Origin: Spirochaetia bacterium
Lineage (GTDB): Bacteria > Spirochaetota > Spirochaetia > CADAEX01
NCBI GenBank assembly: GCA_963662265.2
Contig: CAXXHA010000029.1
Span: 64,001-128,000 of the forward strand
Length of the DNA: 64,000 nucleotides
Direction of reading: 5' to 3'
Shown piece after piece: positions 60,028-64,000 of the stretch. Each line of letters begins with the position of its first letter. The stretch's first letter is position 1. The position numbers and the translations under genes were made by a program. The notes beneath the pieces were generated by a model. The model did not search any database and was not told the DNA's origin. It saw only the letters and a program-made list of their open reading frames with translations.

Positions 60028-60538
60028 CCGGGAAACTCTTTCTGCCTTTTATGACAATGAAGTTGAGGGGAAATTCAGCATTACAATAGAAAATCACATT
60101 GAGGAATGCAATAAATGCCGGAAGGACCTGTCAGTAATGGAATCTGCCAGCACTCTTTTCAGCAATGCTCTTGATGAGAAAGATATACCTGTAAAAGCTG
60201 TCTGGGGAAATATTCAGAGTGAACTTGACAGGAAAAACAGACCAGATATCTGGCACAGGAAAATAAATATTCCGCTTCCTCTTCTGGCAGCTGCATCATT
60301 TCTGGTTATTATGATAACAGCTCTTCTTTCAACACTGTTATTTAATTCCTACGGAAATGACTACAGAAATTTTACTGTATCAGAAGCTGTAAATATAAAT
60401 AATGATAATCAGTATCATATTCTGAACAATGATCAGACTGTTCAGGTGGAACTTCAGCTTCCAGCTGATGCTTTTTTTCAGATCAGCGGTACTCCGCAGC
60501 TGATAAGGAAAGTTGATTATCTTCAGGCTAATGAATAA
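60017..60538 (+). CDS. ZAS-type (zf-HC2) membrane anti-sigma factor
   Basis: CPD...LSAFYDNE...HIEECNKC, one TM; SD AGGAG before ATG 60017. Confidence 0.88.
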   Translation: MCPDRETLSAFYDNEVEGKFSITIENHIEECNKCRKDLSVMESASTLFSNALDEKDIPVKAVWGNIQSELDRKNRPDIWHRKINIPLPLLAAASFLVIMITALLSTLLFNSYGNDYRNFTVSEAVNINNDNQYHILNNDQTVQVELQLPADAFFQISGTPQLIRKVDYLQANE

Positions 60539-60553
60539 CAGGATCTGTTTGAA

Positions 60554-61153
60554 ATGATTAAGCGTGCTTTTCTTATAACTTTTATTCAGCTGGCAGTTTT
60601 ATCAGTTATAACTGCTGAAGATATTGTTTCTGAAAAAATTAATCTGCAGCAGAATAATTCTACAACCATTATTTCAGAAGGTTCAGATAAATCCGGAAAA
60701 GAAACAGAACAGAAAAATACAGAAAGGTTTTATGATATAAAAATAAACCTTAAGATACTTGATGATGAAAAAAAGGAACTGGTAAATACTGACTGGAAAC
60801 TTTCAACACTTTCAGGCAAACCTGTGTCAATTCATCTGAAAGGAAATAATTTATATATTAAAGCTGACATGACTCCATATTATGCTGACAGGAAATCAAT
60901 ACTTCTCTTGACACAGGCAAATGTTAAACTGAAACCTGTTGATTCAGAGGTCAGCAAGTTTTATTCAACTGTAAATTCACTGCCGATTAAACTGGGAGAG
61001 AAGGCGTTATTTTTCCCTCTTGGCCTTTTAAATGAAAAAATGGAAAATATTTCCTCCTGTGTACTTGAAATTGAAGTCCAGCCTTATGATAATATCGAAA
61101 GCATAAATGAACCGGGGAGTGAACAGGTTGGGAAAACAATTAAAAAAGAATAA
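60554..61153 (+). CDS. Hypothetical exported protein in the ECF operon
   Basis: Signal peptide; T.SGKPV and GEK.LFFPLG motifs. Confidence 0.75.
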   Translation: MIKRAFLITFIQLAVLSVITAEDIVSEKINLQQNNSTTIISEGSDKSGKETEQKNTERFYDIKINLKILDDEKKELVNTDWKLSTLSGKPVSIHLKGNNLYIKADMTPYYADRKSILLLTQANVKLKPVDSEVSKFYSTVNSLPIKLGEKALFFPLGLLNEKMENISSCVLEIEVQPYDNIESINEPGSEQVGKTIKKE

Positions 61154-62837
61154 GTCTCACAGAATAAGAAAAATAATAAAATCATCGGGATTTGTTCCTG
61201 TACTACTCTTTATCGTTATATATGCTGTTTATGCTGTCAGTTCATATTACAGCAGTCCTTCACCAATAATTGATCATATTACTCCGGAAATAGGTTATCC
61301 GGGAGATGTCCTTGAAATATCAGGCCATCATTTCGGAGTTCCTGACAGAAAAATATCACGAAGCATTGTTATGAAGCCTACAGGATCATCAGTCTATATT
61401 GCGAAAAACAGACTTGTGCTGTCGGATTTTATTTACTGGTCAGATGAAAAAATCAGGGTGCGAATACCGGCCGAGACTGAATCAGGGCCTTTATGGATTG
61501 AAACGAAAAACGGAACTTCAAATGAAATTATATTTACGAACCGGAGGGAAATACCCCAGATACTGTCAGGACCGGTTGATCCTGGTCAGCCTTATATTTC
61601 CGGAATAGAACCGCTTAACGGGAGTGTGGGGGATGTTATAACAATAAGCGGAATGAATTTCGGCCTTGAAAAAGAAAACAGTTCTGTTGAATTTACCCTG
61701 ACAGCCCCGGTAAATATCAATAGAACAGAAATTACCGGTAACCCTGAAATAAAAGCATCAGATCTTGACTTTGATTATATAAGCTGGACTGACAATGAAG
61801 TAAAGGTGAAAGTTCCTGATGGAGCTACATCAGGAAAAATGCAGCTGAATACAGACAGGGGAAAAAGTAATTCCATATATTTTGAACTCAATGAAAACAC
61901 CGGTACAAAGAGTTATGAACAGAAGCGCGGTTATCAGATTAAATATGATGTAAATGTAAATATAATAAAGGCTTCTGATGGAAACAGCCTTGCGTTCTGG
62001 ATACCCGGTTTAACTGATACTCCTGAACAGAGGAATATTGAATATGAGAGAAATCTGACTCCTGAACTTGAGAATTACAACGGTACAATGCTTTACAGGT
62101 TTTTCAATCTGAGGGACGGGGACAGAAAAAATATACAGCATACAGTCTGGTTTGAGAGATATGAGTTTAAAACACGAGTTAATTCAAAAAAAGTAAGCTG
62201 GGATTATGATGAGGATTCAAAGTTTTTCAAGGAATATACAAAGGAAGATGATCTTTTAAAAGTTAATGATGAAAGAATTGATTTAATATACAAGAAAATT
62301 TCCCGCTCTTCAAACCCGTACCTGAAGGCGAAACTGATATACAACTATGTAAGGCGGATAAAATTTGCATATAGTCCCGGCGGAAAAGATGTAATAGACA
62401 ACTTTAATCTCGGAACAGGCGATTCATTTACCTATGCGCTGATATTTACTACACTGGCCAGAAAGGCTGGTCTTCCTTCACGTCCTGTTGCAGGATACCT
62501 TGTTTATGATGACAAGAGGGTTGTAAAGCATTTCTGGAGTGAGTTTTACATAAATAATTACGGCTGGATTCCTGTAGACCCTGCTCTGGGTGATGGTGCC
62601 AGGTTCGGGGATATGCCAGAGGTAGAAAATCCTGCTGAATATTATTTCGGAAACATTGACAGCCGGCATATATCATTTTCAAAAGGTATAATCTCAATAC
62701 CGTTTATTGCTCCTTACGGAAAAACAGTTCACAAGAACAAGATGTTCTCCCTTCAGAAATCTTATGAAGAGGTTTCAGGTAATATAGAGAATTATAAATC
62801 AGACTGGAATGATATAAAAATAGTAGAGTGGTGGTAA
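61107..62837 (+). CDS. IPT/TIG-repeat transglutaminase-like protein
   Basis: TM; two IPT/TIG repeats (I.G..FG, W.D..I.V..P); ARKAGLPSR.V.G, HFWSEFY..GWIPVDP; start codon uncertain. Confidence 0.88.
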   Translation: MNRGVNRLGKQLKKNKSHRIRKIIKSSGFVPVLLFIVIYAVYAVSSYYSSPSPIIDHITPEIGYPGDVLEISGHHFGVPDRKISRSIVMKPTGSSVYIAKNRLVLSDFIYWSDEKIRVRIPAETESGPLWIETKNGTSNEIIFTNRREIPQILSGPVDPGQPYISGIEPLNGSVGDVITISGMNFGLEKENSSVEFTLTAPVNINRTEITGNPEIKASDLDFDYISWTDNEVKVKVPDGATSGKMQLNTDRGKSNSIYFELNENTGTKSYEQKRGYQIKYDVNVNIIKASDGNSLAFWIPGLTDTPEQRNIEYERNLTPELENYNGTMLYRFFNLRDGDRKNIQHTVWFERYEFKTRVNSKKVSWDYDEDSKFFKEYTKEDDLLKVNDERIDLIYKKISRSSNPYLKAKLIYNYVRRIKFAYSPGGKDVIDNFNLGTGDSFTYALIFTTLARKAGLPSRPVAGYLVYDDKRVVKHFWSEFYINNYGWIPVDPALGDGARFGDMPEVENPAEYYFGNIDSRHISFSKGIISIPFIAPYGKTVHKNKMFSLQKSYEEVSGNIENYKSDWNDIKIVEWW

Positions 62838-62963
62838 TTCTGCTGTTTCTAATGGGAATTTCTGCCGAGAAAAAAATATCAACAGTTTGCTGAAATATTT
62901 TATCTGTAATTTTATGCAGATCAGATCATCAGGGAATTATTTGTGTGACTTCAAGTATTTTCG

Positions 62964-62993
62964 TTGACAAAGATTACAGCAGGCGAATATAAT
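62964..62993 (+). promoter_or_regulatory. sigma70 promoter of the cNMP-binding gene
   Basis: TTGACA-18-TATAAT. Confidence 0.7.
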
Positions 62994-63024
62994 TTATTAC
63001 GTAATAAAAAGTACCGGGAGAAAT

Positions 63025-64000
63025 ATGAATAATCCTCTACAGCTATCACTCGTAAATTTCAAGAAAGGTGCCTATATAATTGTTGAAGGGAAGCAGAAAG
63101 CTTCAAATTTCTTCATCGTAAGGACAGGTAAAGTACTTATAAGCAGAGAATTTGAAGTTGTTGAAGAACAGGATGGAAATATACTGGGACCTGGCGATTT
63201 CTTCGGTGTAGTTTCCACAATGTCATCTCACAGTCATATAGAAAATGCACAGGCTCTTACTGATGTTTCAATGATTGCTGTACAAAAAGACCAGTATGGA
63301 TTCCTCATTGAACGGAATACTCCAATTGCGATGAAAATAGTAATGAGTTTCTCCAGGAAAATGAGATATCTTGATGAGGCGCTTACAAGACTAACTCTGA
63401 AAAGCACAGGGGAAGAGGATCCTGAACATCTTTTCAAGGTGGCAGAATATTACGCGAGAAAAAGCCTTTACAATTACGCATATTTTGCCTATTACCAGTA
63501 TATAAAATGCTGTACTACCGGACAGAACATTTCAACAGCCAAGGAAAGAATGGCTAAAATCAAACCATATGCTACAAATGTTATTCTTGAAGAAAACAAT
63601 GAAGTAACACGGTTCTATCCCAAGGATACTATGATCTTTTCTGAGAGCCAGACTGGCCAGGAACTTTATATTATACAGAAAGGCAGTGTTAAAATTACAA
63701 AAATTGTTAATGACAATGAAATTCTGATTGCAATTCTGAAAGCAGGGGATATTTTCGGAGAAATGTCGCTTCTTGAAAACAAGCCAAGATCTGCATCTGC
63801 AATAGCATATGAAGATACAGTGATGATGGCTGTAAACAAGGTTAATTTCCAGCGTATGGTAAGTCAGCAGCCTCAGATGATTACCCGTCTTACCCAGCTG
63901 CTAGCGGAAAGAATATGGTTCAGCTACAAACAGCTTGAAAATACGCAGATCAGCAACCCGCTGGGAAGGCTGTTTGATGCACTTTTTATCCAGCTTGAGA
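63025..64000 (+). CDS. Tandem cyclic-nucleotide-binding (Crp/Fnr-like) protein, runs off window (absent from ORF track)
   Basis: MNNPLQLSLVNFKKG...PGDFFG...; second domain LYIIQKGSVKITK...AGDIFGEMSLLENKPRSASA; SD GGGAG. Confidence 0.92.
   Translation, partial: MNNPLQLSLVNFKKGAYIIVEGKQKASNFFIVRTGKVLISREFEVVEEQDGNILGPGDFFGVVSTMSSHSHIENAQALTDVSMIAVQKDQYGFLIERNTPIAMKIVMSFSRKMRYLDEALTRLTLKSTGEEDPEHLFKVAEYYARKSLYNYAYFAYYQYIKCCTTGQNISTAKERMAKIKPYATNVILEENNEVTRFYPKDTMIFSESQTGQELYIIQKGSVKITKIVNDNEILIAILKAGDIFGEMSLLENKPRSASAIAYEDTVMMAVNKVNFQRMVSQQPQMITRLTQLLAERIWFSYKQLENTQISNPLGRLFDALFIQLE

Overview
AT-rich bacterial chromosome segment, almost certainly from a spirochete (Spirochaetia, probably a free-living anaerobe). 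The gene orders recO-recJ-M23-rpsU, dnaE-yggT-recG, secA with a divergent lipoprotein, and murB/cysS-ECF sigma-anti-sigma match orders I recall from Borrelia/Treponema. Most of the window is housekeeping (secA, dnaE, recG, recJ, cysS, murB, ackA, mgtE, an ftsI-like PBP, nnr, rsmD). Accessory parts are an LPP20 lipoprotein cluster, a duplicated tRNA-Val cassette followed by an intact IS3 element, larA, a RAYT transposase with flanking repeats, two chemoreceptors and a PHP-GT4 fusion. I see no CRISPR, prophage, integrase or defence system. The most interesting signals are non-coding or translational: (1) rpsU, missed by the ORF track, starts at ATC behind a maximal Shine-Dalgarno; (2) a ~90-nt sRNA candidate with a perfect sigma70 promoter, three UUUCC motifs and a terminator lies next to larA; (3) a tightly nested five-helix leader with a hydrophobic uORF precedes an MFS gene; (4) a structured dispersed repeat occurs twice with different stem sequences; (5) the RAYT terminal motif occurs twice inside the nnr coding sequence; (6) a terminator/antiterminator switch follows maf; (7) several genes look leaderless. 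Seven homopolymer frameshifts (5.8-6.9 kb and 37.5-38.2 kb) are most likely assembly errors. All family assignments come from motif recognition by eye, not database searches.
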